Part shown: in pieces, positions 7,801 through 15,436 of the stretch | How positions within the stretch are numbered: the stretch's first letter is position 1 | How the letters are laid out: each line of letters begins with the position of its first letter | Assembly (NCBI RefSeq): GCF_014396165.1 | Contig: NZ_CP060715.1 | Coordinates: 420,001 to 452,000 of the forward strand | Direction of reading: 5' to 3' | DNA length: 32,000 nt | From: Erysipelothrix inopinata | Lineage (GTDB): Bacteria; Bacillota_I; Bacilli_A; Erysipelotrichales; Erysipelotrichaceae | Position numbers and translations under genes: made by a program | The notes under the pieces: model-generated | The model's input: the letters and a program-made list of their open reading frames with translations, nothing else | Told to the model about the DNA's origin: nothing | Databases searched by the model: none

Positions 7801-8388
7801 GATTTCAATTAGATTTTCAATCGAGTCTGCGATTATTTGATAACTCGCACTTCGAGGTGTTACACCATTTAATTTTACAGGTTTATGTATACCATTGTTG
7901 ATAGCATAAGCGTTGATGGGGCCATCCAAAGATACAAAGCTAAAGCCAAATTGACGTACTAATCTTCGAATACCGGTAAGTTTACGATCCAAATCAAATC
8001 GTAAGCACTCACTCATTAACGGATTCACAACCATAAATGGTTCAAGGATAATAACTCGTTCATCATAGGATTCAACTTGATTCAAGATATCTTCATATAA
8101 TGTTATAAAACGATAATACTCTTCATAACGTCCTAAACTTGGACTGCGTTTTTGATCGATGGAATCAGAGATACCAACACTTAGGATAATTAAGTCAGGT
8201 TTGACAGCCTTAACTTCGTGTTTAATACGTCCGAGCAAATGGTCTAGTAATTCTTTATCATGACTTGAAACTACAATATTTAATTCAGGATGTGCCTCAC
8301 GCAAAAGCAGAGGAACACTTTTCTCAGATTTATCATCTATAATATGATCTCCAATGAATAATACTGTCGCATTCTTTTTAAGTTTCAT
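7795..8388 (-). CDS. SGNH/GDSL-fold protein with non-canonical catalytic motifs
   Basis: I prefer the start at MKLKKNATVLFIGDH because a GAGGTG RBS lies 6 nt upstream; the ORF-track start at 8418 has none. The overall block layout resembles GDSL hydrolases (FIGDHIID ... KPDLIILSVGISDSI ... LNGVTPRSASYQIIAD), but the signature residues are substituted. Confidence 0.6.
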   Translation of the reverse strand: MKLKKNATVLFIGDHIIDDKSEKSVPLLLREAHPELNIVVSSHDKELLDHLLGRIKHEVKAVKPDLIILSVGISDSIDQKRSPSLGRYEEYYRFITLYEDILNQVESYDERVIILEPFMVVNPLMSECLRFDLDRKLTGIRRLVRQFGFSFVSLDGPINAYAINNGIHKPVKLNGVTPRSASYQIIADSIENLIEIK

Positions 8389-8434
8389 GCAATCACCTCG
8401 CCGTTCAATATATACCACGCGTCTCTAACTTTAA

Positions 8435-8773
8435 CTATACTTGGAAAAATGCCCAACCACAATAGATTAACAACAAGTCTAGGAAATTTCCTGTTAAACC
8501 GAGTAGATTCAAGAGATTCGTGAATTCTGGTATGACAAAGAAATTCATACGGTAAGCAACGATGAATACTACCAAGATAGCAATCACCACTTTACCAAGC
8601 CAACGATTATTCTTTTTGGCATGCGGTGCTAAGTAATATCCGATAACCAAAAGTAAAATCATCCACAACAAGTCTAGAAAACCACTAAACTTCGCTGGAA
8701 GAAAACGTCCGATTAATTGATACAATAAAGCACTCACAATAATAACTAATAATGCACTCCAATAACGTTTCAT
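8435..8773 (-). CDS. Hypothetical membrane protein (112 aa, 3-4 TM)
   Basis: The ORF is hydrophobic throughout. Its start overlaps the upstream stop (TAATG), and an internal GAAGGAG RBS is present. It lies in the queA operon. Confidence 0.6.
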   Translation of the reverse strand: MKRYWSALLVIIVSALLYQLIGRFLPAKFSGFLDLLWMILLLVIGYYLAPHAKKNNRWLGKVVIAILVVFIVAYRMNFFVIPEFTNLLNLLGLTGNFLDLLLIYCGWAFFQV

Positions 8774-9291
8774 TACACAACTCCTTCATGTTTTAATCTT
8801 AAGAACATTCCAAACGCAAGACTCACACTTGGGATGATTGCTGAAACAATCCAAAGTAATGACATCCAATCTGGCTTCATGGTTGTAAACATTAAAGTTC
8901 CAAATATTGGATTTAAGAATGTATAGATAACCCACATATTATGACGAATGGTAATCCATGAATAAATGTAGGCAAATAAAAATACGACTAAGAATATGAT
9001 TGCCAAAATTAAGGCTGCACGATCCAATCCTTTAACTAAATTTTCTTTATGTCTTGGATAGGCAATTACAAGCAAATACCCAATAACACTATAAATTACA
9101 AAAGCATAAATTGAACATGCAATAACTTGAACAAAGATCGGTAAACTTCCTACAAGTTTCGTAAGTGGATGTCCACCACCATACATCATCAATTGAACAA
9201 TACTAATCGCTAAATGCGAGACGACAAAGACTGCGAGAAGAAGCAACGAATGTGATGATATTATTTTTTTTCCGATTCGAGAGTCACTCAT
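8773..9291 (-). CDS. Hypothetical membrane protein (172 aa, about 5 TM)
   Basis: An AAGGAGA RBS precedes the start and several hydrophobic helices are present. The gene begins 28 nt downstream of queA on the same strand. Confidence 0.6.
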   Translation of the reverse strand: MSDSRIGKKIISSHSLLLLAVFVVSHLAISIVQLMMYGGGHPLTKLVGSLPIFVQVIACSIYAFVIYSVIGYLLVIAYPRHKENLVKGLDRAALILAIIFLVVFLFAYIYSWITIRHNMWVIYTFLNPIFGTLMFTTMKPDWMSLLWIVSAIIPSVSLAFGMFLRLKHEGVV

Positions 9292-9319
9292 ATTAATTCT
9301 CCTTTTTCTATGATGTTCA

Positions 9320-10360
9320 TTATATCACATGTGAGGTTTTCTTATGTGACAGAAACATGCTATCCCCAAAGGAGAAGAAACGGTACTCATTATCGACCGC
9401 ATGTTTGTAAGCATGATCAATCACATCTTTACCTGCAAAAGAACTTACCAACATAATTAATGTGGATTTAGGGAGGTGGAAGTTGGTAATGATTGCATCA
9501 ACCGCCTTCCATTTATACCCTGGATAAATAAATATTTCGCTATCACCATGACATGCTTTAAACTCTCCATACTCGCTCATAATCGTTTCAAGAGTCCGCA
9601 CAGAAGTCGTTCCTACCGCAACAATTCGACGTTTTTCCTCACGTGCATGATTTAGAATATCTGCAGTTTCTTGCGACATAAAGTATTCTTCTTTATGCAT
9701 TTTATGATTCAAGACATCATCAACCTTAACAGGTCTAAACGTTCCCAATCCCACATGCAATGTAACAGGAGTAATCGTGATTCCTTTATCTTTAATCTGT
9801 TGTAGCAATTCTTGAGTAAAGTGAAGTCCTGCTGTTGGTGCTGCAGCACTTCCTTCAACTTTTGAATAAACTGTTTGGTATCGTTCCTTATCTTCTAGTT
9901 TTTCATGAATATAAGGTGGTAGCGGCATTTGTCCAAGTTCATCCAATATTTCTAAGAAAATCCCATCAAAAACAAGATCAAAGAAACGAATTCCTTCTTC
10001 ACCAATTCCAGTACAAATAGCTTTAAGTTTCCCTTCACCAAAATCCAGTTCCGTTCCAACTTTTACTACCTTAGCATTCCCAACAAGACACTCTGCAGTT
10101 TTTCCTTCAAATTTTAGAATTAATAATTCTACATGAGCACCTGTCTCTGGTTTTGTCCCAAATAAACGAGCGGCAATTACGCGCGTATCGTTAACGACCA
10201 ACACATCACCTTCATTTAAGTAATCAATAATGTTATAAAAGTGTTTATCTTCTAAATTCATGTCATCTACTACCAGCAAACGTGATTCACTTCTTTTTTC
10301 AGAAGGTGTTTGTGCTATCAACGATTCCGGTAGATAAAAATCAAAATCATTTGTATTCAT
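9320..10360 (-). CDS. queA: S-adenosylmethionine:tRNA ribosyltransferase-isomerase
   Basis: The 346-aa protein starts with the typical QueA N-terminus [14 protein letters not shown]...RSESRLLVV. It also carries [33 protein letters not shown] and [10 protein letters not shown]. An AGGAGA RBS is present. Confidence 0.92.
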   Translation of the reverse strand: MNTNDFDFYLPESLIAQTPSEKRSESRLLVVDDMNLEDKHFYNIIDYLNEGDVLVVNDTRVIAARLFGTKPETGAHVELLILKFEGKTAECLVGNAKVVKVGTELDFGEGKLKAICTGIGEEGIRFFDLVFDGIFLEILDELGQMPLPPYIHEKLEDKERYQTVYSKVEGSAAAPTAGLHFTQELLQQIKDKGITITPVTLHVGLGTFRPVKVDDVLNHKMHKEEYFMSQETADILNHAREEKRRIVAVGTTSVRTLETIMSEYGEFKACHGDSEIFIYPGYKWKAVDAIITNFHLPKSTLIMLVSSFAGKDVIDHAYKHAVDNEYRFFSFGDSMFLSHKKTSHVI

Positions 10361-10433
10361 AATATTCTCCTAATCTTGTTTATTATACTCCAATTTTTAA
10401 ATGAGGCATAGTTTCTCGTGCCAAGCAATTTCT

Positions 10434-10457
10434 AAATATGATACTTCCATCATATTT
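10434..10457. promoter_or_regulatory. Perfect 9-bp inverted repeat AAATATGAT-N6-ATCATATTT in the queA/response-regulator divergent region; candidate operator or regulator box
   Basis: The repeat was read directly from the sequence. It ends 17 nt upstream of a TATAAT hexamer (10475-10480) and so overlaps the position where a -35 element would sit. That position has only a poor match to the -35 consensus. Confidence 0.4.
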
Positions 10458-10474
10458 TACTGACAAAAACACGT

Positions 10475-10480
10475 TATAAT
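10475..10480 (+). promoter_or_regulatory. Candidate -10 hexamer (TATAAT) for the TCS-ABC operon
   Basis: A consensus TATAAT lies 6 nt upstream of the response-regulator ATG (10487). This implies a leaderless or near-leaderless transcript. Only a weak, closely spaced AGGA sits in between. Confidence 0.4.
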
Positions 10481-10486
10481 AGGATT

Positions 10487-11131
10487 ATGAAAATATTCTT
10501 GGTGGAAGATGATACTGCGATAGTCTTTGGACTTCGTAAGTTTATGGAACTCAATGGGTGGGAAGTTATTGCATCGCTTACTTATCATGATGCGCTTCTC
10601 AATTTTAGTCATGATATCGATTTGTGTATTGTGGACATCGAACTTCCGGATGGTAATGGTCTTGATTTTTGTCGTCATATTAAATCCAATAGTAATATCC
10701 CTGTTATTTTCTTAACTGCCAAAAGTCATGAACGTACCGTAATTGAAGCCTTTGATTTGGGTGCGGATGATTATATTACAAAACCATTTCGATTGGATGA
10801 GTTAAAACGACGGATACTTGCTGTAACGCGACGAACACACACTGGAATTTATCATCATCAAAATATCACTTTAAACATTCATACCGCAACTGCACATCTT
10901 GATCATGACCCCATTAATTTAAGCACGCAAGAATACCGTTTACTATTGTATCTACTGAAACATCAGAATACTTTACTAACCCGTCAAGAACTAAACCACG
11001 TCATTTGGCAAACAGATGATTATATTACTGACAACGCACTCTCCGTTATTATTCGCCGTCTCAAAGAGAAATGCGATAATAAACTTCGAATTGAAACAGT
11101 CCATGGGAAAGGATACATTGTCATATCATGA
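10487..11131 (+). CDS. OmpR/PhoB-family response regulator
   Basis: The 214-aa protein has a receiver domain with EDD, the phospho-acceptor context CIVDIELPDG, FLTA and ITKPF. The C-terminal winged-helix region reads LTRQELNHVIW...RRLKEK...VHGKGYIV. Confidence 0.9.
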   Translation: MKIFLVEDDTAIVFGLRKFMELNGWEVIASLTYHDALLNFSHDIDLCIVDIELPDGNGLDFCRHIKSNSNIPVIFLTAKSHERTVIEAFDLGADDYITKPFRLDELKRRILAVTRRTHTGIYHHQNITLNIHTATAHLDHDPINLSTQEYRLLLYLLKHQNTLLTRQELNHVIWQTDDYITDNALSVIIRRLKEKCDNKLRIETVHGKGYIVIS

Positions 11132-12087
11132 AAATGCTACGCGATTCATTTATACAAAAAATGTTTATAAAACTAACGATGGTCTTCATTCTTTCCTGCC
11201 TCGTTTTCTACTTCATTCCTAACATTCTAGTTTTAATCATTGCTTTTATATTTCTAATCGGTCTTGTGTATCAGTATTTAAAACAACGAAACGACCAAGT
11301 TGAAGAACTCACTCAGTATATTAAAACGTTAAATAGTGGTAACTACCACTATTTTCTTGAGGCATATGATGAGGGAGAACTCGGTATTCTCTACTCCGAG
11401 CTTAACAAAACAATGGTGACGCTTAGAACTATGAATTCTAATTTACAGGATAAAAATGACTTTATTAATTCTTCCTTTGAAGACATCTCGCATCAAATTA
11501 AAACACCAATCACTGCACTCTCAATTCTCACAGACCTGAGACCACAAGATGATGAACTCGTCCTTGCTACTCGTGATCAAGTGAATCGGTTGGACCACCT
11601 CATTAGTGCGATTATGAGGTTAATTCAACTTGAAACAGCTCAGGTTACACTCAATATTGAAAAGATATCTTTAGAATGTTTGGTAAAAAACGTACTTAGT
11701 GATATCTATCCTTTAATCAAAAATCAAAACATAAAAATCGTAGTTGATGTACAAAGTGATGTTTATGGCGATGTAGGACAATACTATGAAGCACTCTATA
11801 ATATCCTTGTTAATAAAATAAAGTACGCAGAGACGACAATTTGGATAGAAGATGTGAAAACAAGTTTGACTCCTACCCTAAATATTTATGATGACGGTCC
11901 AGAAATTCCACATGATATTCGTGACCGTGTTTTTGAACGATTCTTTACGACACACCATCAACCTAATAGCCTTGGTATTGGTTTATCAGTTGCACGTCAA
12001 ATCATGATTCTACATGATGGAAATATCCGTGTAAAAGATGCGAACACATTTACAGTCATCTTCCCAAATATGATAGAACCGTCATAA
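11128..12087 (+). CDS. Intramembrane-sensing histidine kinase (BceS-like architecture)
   Basis: The 319-aa protein overlaps the response-regulator gene with an ATGA. Two N-terminal TM helices are joined by only about 3 residues (..VFYFIPNILVLII..). It has H-box ISHQIKTPITAL, N-box NILVNKIKYA, G1 box YDDGPEIP and G2 box GIGLSVARQI. Confidence 0.85.
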   Translation: MKMLRDSFIQKMFIKLTMVFILSCLVFYFIPNILVLIIAFIFLIGLVYQYLKQRNDQVEELTQYIKTLNSGNYHYFLEAYDEGELGILYSELNKTMVTLRTMNSNLQDKNDFINSSFEDISHQIKTPITALSILTDLRPQDDELVLATRDQVNRLDHLISAIMRLIQLETAQVTLNIEKISLECLVKNVLSDIYPLIKNQNIKIVVDVQSDVYGDVGQYYEALYNILVNKIKYAETTIWIEDVKTSLTPTLNIYDDGPEIPHDIRDRVFERFFTTHHQPNSLGIGLSVARQIMILHDGNIRVKDANTFTVIFPNMIEPS

Positions 12088-12113
12088 CCAAACAATCCTT
12101 ATCCCCTTATAAT
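12066..12113 (+). promoter_or_regulatory. Second copy of the AAATATGAT-N6-(G)TCATA box plus a TATAAT hexamer, just upstream of ATPase 1; candidate internal inducible promoter
   Basis: AAATATGAT lies at 12066-12074, a 6-nt spacer follows, and GTCATAACC lies at 12081-12089. TATAAT is at 12108-12113, 18 nt further on. This geometry mirrors the box and -10 pair at 10434-10480. The element overlaps the kinase stop codon. Confidence 0.35.
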
Positions 12114-12132
12114 GAAGTTAGAGGTGAAACAT

Positions 12133-12813
12133 ATGGAAATTTTAAATGTATCGAATTTAACAAAAGTCTATAAAACAGGGGGCGAATCAGTTTATGCTCT
12201 CAATGATCTTTCTCTAACCGTTAAACGTGGCGAATTCGTTGCGATAATGGGACCCAGTGGTAGTGGTAAGTCAACACTCCTCCATATTTTAGGTTGTGTT
12301 GATGAACCTACAGCGGGCTCCGTAACCATTGATGGTCATAATGTCAGTACTTTCAATGAAGAAAAGCTAACACTTTTTAGAAGACGTCATATTGGTCTTG
12401 TATACCAATTCTATAATCTCATACCCATTCTTGATGTGGAGAATAATATTAAACTTCCTCTTCTTCTTGATCAAACATCTGTTGACGAGGACTATTATCA
12501 AGAGCTTATCACACAGCTTGGATTACAAGACCGTTTAAATCACTTGCCTAATCAGCTCTCTGGGGGCCAACAGCAGCGTGTTTCAATTGCAAGAGCACTT
12601 ATATCTCATCCTTCATTATTACTGGCTGATGAACCAACAGGAAACTTAGATCAAGCCAACTCACAAGAAATTATTGATATCCTCAAACACGCGCACAAAG
12701 AGTATTCACAAACAATTATCCTCATCACTCATGATGAGACAATCGCTTCGCAAGCTGATCGTATTATCCATATTGAAGATGGAAAAATAATCAGAGATGA
12801 GGTCTTGCGATGA
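12133..12813 (+). CDS. ABC transporter ATP-binding protein, MacB/FtsE/BceA-like (module 1)
   Basis: I prefer the start at MEILNVSNL because a GAGGTG RBS lies 6 nt upstream. The protein has Walker [11 protein letters not shown]-loop YQFYNL, signature LSGGQQQR, Walker [13 protein letters not shown] and H-loop ILITHD. Confidence 0.9.
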   Translation: MEILNVSNLTKVYKTGGESVYALNDLSLTVKRGEFVAIMGPSGSGKSTLLHILGCVDEPTAGSVTIDGHNVSTFNEEKLTLFRRRHIGLVYQFYNLIPILDVENNIKLPLLLDQTSVDEDYYQELITQLGLQDRLNHLPNQLSGGQQQRVSIARALISHPSLLLADEPTGNLDQANSQEIIDILKHAHKEYSQTIILITHDETIASQADRIIHIEDGKIIRDEVLR

Positions 12814-15392
12814 ACATAACCAAAAGAATAAGTTTACAAAACGTAAAAAAGAATTGGAAGGCGTCACTTCTAACGATTATTAGTATTTCTCTTTCCGTCG
12901 CCATGACAACCATGGTCGTCGCTTCTCTTTTTGGTGTTTATAAGACCTACGAAGAAGATAAGCTCTATAAGAGTTCAAAATGGAATGTAGAAGTTGGTAT
13001 TCAGGATGACGCAGATGAAATTATCAGTGCTCTTGGCGAGATTGTAGATTCCTACGCTGTCATTAGTCGCGGAAAGTATGTTGACGTCGGTACAGAATTG
13101 GATCGTAGAAGCATGTCAATTGATACTATCGATTTTAAATCAAATTTTTCAATGTTTTCAGATGAAGTAAAAGTCGGGAAAGACTCATTTGATGATTTAA
13201 TAATTGAAGGAAGACTACCACAAAGCAAAGATGAGCTCATCATTACGTCACGTTCTAAAACCGAGTTTAGCCTAAATCTCGATGATATCGTCACTATTAA
13301 ACAAAGTGTCGACAATTACGAAAATCCATCTAATGATGAAATATTCAGCGAGGCCAGGATAGTTGGTATTATGGCCGGTTCTTCTAATGGTATAGATTTT
13401 ACTGGAGCACTAAGACAATATTATCCTTCAGATAGTAATGATAATTGGAAAACTCTCTATATCAAGTTTAAGCCTGGAACAAAAAACATTGAAAAAATAA
13501 TGGAACCAATTGGTAAAGAGTTTGATCCTTCGTTACCTAATCACGATGGCATTCGTATTCTTCGATATAATGAAACCTATAATACAATTCTCGGGATGCA
13601 ATTTAAGTTAGACACCACAAAAGTTATTTTAGGTGTCGCTTCAGCTGTTTTTATCGTTTTACTGTCACTCGCAACATTTTCGCTGATTACTAATGCTTTC
13701 TATAATAACATCCAAACACAAGTTCATGACTATGGTTTATTGCGTAGTATTGGGGCAACCAAAAAACAACTTAAGTCCATGATTCGCTTTGAAGGATATA
13801 TTTTACTTTCGATTGGGTTGGCATTCGGGATTGGAGTGGGATTTGGAATAGGAAAGCTTCTCCTTAACTACATCAATAGTATTTTTTCTTTTTCAAATCA
13901 AGCTTTCGGAACAACAATTAACTGGGTTTTCTCACCTGTTCTTCCTTGGCAAGGCATCCTAATTATCACTGTCTTCTCCTTCATCCTAGTTAGCTTTCCA
14001 TTGAATCATTCTATAAAAAAATTATTTAAAATGACTTCGATCGATGCTATCCGAGAAAATAACCGTTACGTGAGAAACAAACTCAAGATATATTCAAGGA
14101 ATCTCTCTAAGTCTCTAGCAAAACAATACAGTATCTCAGAAAAATCTAAATTTAGAGGTATTAAAATATCATTAACCATTACCATTGTGATTTTCATCAC
14201 TACAATGAGCTTTATAAAAATTGGTTTTAGTAATATGGGAGAATACAACACTTCAAAATATAATGTCGAGGTAGCGCCTCAGCATTTCTATGCCGCCTCG
14301 CTTGATAGTTTTAATAAAAAAAATGAAGAAATGCGGCATATTCTAGAAAAGGATTCAAATACAAAAATCTACTTAATATTTTCTCAATATAATATTTCAA
14401 TCCGTGATAAAAACTTTGATCCTCTAAAGATATATAAGGAAGTTCCTCAAAACAACTCAGCTAATAGCGATATTATCAAACTATTAATTATGGATGATCA
14501 CTCTTTTGACATTGTTCGCAACTCTTTAGACATCCAAGAAAAAAATATCGATTCGATTCTTGTAAACTATGGCACTATCTATGATTTCGACCGTGTAAGT
14601 TCTGATCACACTTATGAAGGTATTTATTTTGATTTTGACTCTACAGAGTCTCTATATATTGGGGAGTCAGTCTATAATGATAAAAATCCTGACTCTTATA
14701 TATTTAACCCTATTTTTGAGATTCCTGTTGACGCTGTCATCGCAAGAGAATTACCCGATTTCGACTCTCTGTCTTATCCCTATATTATTGTGAATTCTGA
14801 TAGTGTCCGTTTTAATGCAATCCAAGAATCACTCCTAAAAAGTGAAGCTGCTCACCTAAACAGATTTGCAGCGATAGTGCAAACTCATGATAGCTTTGAG
14901 ACCGTTAAATTATTTGATTCAGAAGATTATTATATTTCAAATCAAGATGTCGATAAAGCAATTCCAAAGCTTATTGAAAAAACGATTACAAACATTCTTG
15001 TCTCAATTATGACATTTATTACGCTTGTTTGTTTATTAAACGTTGTGAACATATCACTTACAAATCTCAACACTCGCAAACGCGAACTTGCGGCATTGCG
15101 TTCCGTAGGAATGTCTCAAAAACAAGTTCAGAAAATGCTGTTCTATGAAAGTGTTCGATTAGCTTGGAATCCTTTAATAATGGGTACATTAATAGGTATT
15201 TTTGCTTCATACTCAATCATCGCCATTGTGAATCTATTTATTATCAATGGTCAACCTATTGCTTTCAGTATTGATATCAGAGCTATTCTTATTTCGTGGT
15301 GTATTCTTCTCTTACTAATCGTATCAAATACAATTATCACAATTGTGAAGAGTAGAAATCATAGTATTATCGAGAGCTTGCGTAATTTATAG
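12810..15392 (+). CDS. Double-FtsX ABC permease (module 1), 860 aa, about 8 TM with two large extracytoplasmic domains
   Basis: The start overlaps the ATPase gene with an ATGA. By hydropathy the layout is TM1, a loop of about 225 aa, TM2-4, a basic cytoplasmic linker, TM5, a loop of about 260 aa, then TM6-8. There are two FtsX-like segments (LLRSIGATKKQLKSMIRFEG and LAALRSVGMSQKQVQKMLFYES). Confidence 0.85.
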   Translation: MNITKRISLQNVKKNWKASLLTIISISLSVAMTTMVVASLFGVYKTYEEDKLYKSSKWNVEVGIQDDADEIISALGEIVDSYAVISRGKYVDVGTELDRRSMSIDTIDFKSNFSMFSDEVKVGKDSFDDLIIEGRLPQSKDELIITSRSKTEFSLNLDDIVTIKQSVDNYENPSNDEIFSEARIVGIMAGSSNGIDFTGALRQYYPSDSNDNWKTLYIKFKPGTKNIEKIMEPIGKEFDPSLPNHDGIRILRYNETYNTILGMQFKLDTTKVILGVASAVFIVLLSLATFSLITNAFYNNIQTQVHDYGLLRSIGATKKQLKSMIRFEGYILLSIGLAFGIGVGFGIGKLLLNYINSIFSFSNQAFGTTINWVFSPVLPWQGILIITVFSFILVSFPLNHSIKKLFKMTSIDAIRENNRYVRNKLKIYSRNLSKSLAKQYSISEKSKFRGIKISLTITIVIFITTMSFIKIGFSNMGEYNTSKYNVEVAPQHFYAASLDSFNKKNEEMRHILEKDSNTKIYLIFSQYNISIRDKNFDPLKIYKEVPQNNSANSDIIKLLIMDDHSFDIVRNSLDIQEKNIDSILVNYGTIYDFDRVSSDHTYEGIYFDFDSTESLYIGESVYNDKNPDSYIFNPIFEIPVDAVIARELPDFDSLSYPYIIVNSDSVRFNAIQESLLKSEAAHLNRFAAIVQTHDSFETVKLFDSEDYYISNQDVDKAIPKLIEKTITNILVSIMTFITLVCLLNVVNISLTNLNTRKRELAALRSVGMSQKQVQKMLFYESVRLAWNPLIMGTLIGIFASYSIIAIVNLFIINGQPIAFSIDIRAILISWCILLLLIVSNTIITIVKSRNHSIIESLRNL

Positions 15393-15436
15393 TCAAACAA
15401 ACTTTACCATTGTTAACTATACATAGAGGAGATCAA

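Noticed and set aside
8773-9291. Calling the 172-aa membrane protein downstream of queA a QueT-type queuosine-precursor transporter.
   Set aside because: Only size and genomic context fit. I could not recognise any QueT or ECF S-component motif in the sequence, and no preQ1 riboswitch precedes it. It is kept as a hypothetical membrane protein.
10457-10678. A 73-aa minus-strand ORF and a 62-aa plus-strand ORF (10527..10715) overlapping the 5' part of the response-regulator gene. The 68-aa ORF at 11016..11222 spans the regulator/kinase junction.
   Set aside because: They overlap a CDS with an unambiguous receiver domain or a kinase N-terminus, and no independent signals support them.
12112-12132. 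Longer N-terminal extensions proposed by the ORF track: ATPase 1 from 12112, ATPase 2 from 15410, the SGNH-like gene from 8418, the Nudix-like gene from 19712, mvaA from 24928, mutY from 27753 and the secreted protein from 29860.
   Set aside because: In every case a downstream start codon has a well-spaced Shine-Dalgarno sequence and the upstream one has none. For 12112 the start overlaps the candidate -10 hexamer. For 19712 it abuts the candidate -10, so it lies at or upstream of the predicted transcription start. The two ATPase paralogs align only from MEIL onward.
14066-14251. A 61-aa antisense ORF inside permease 1, with a matching 60-aa antisense ORF at 17361..17543 inside permease 2. 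Both have similar sequences, which could look like a conserved overlapping gene.
   Set aside because: Conservation follows automatically from the tandem duplication of the sense gene. Both lie in a protein-conserved TM and linker segment of well-supported CDSs. They have no RBS and are hydrophobic mirror-frame artefacts typical of AT-rich DNA.
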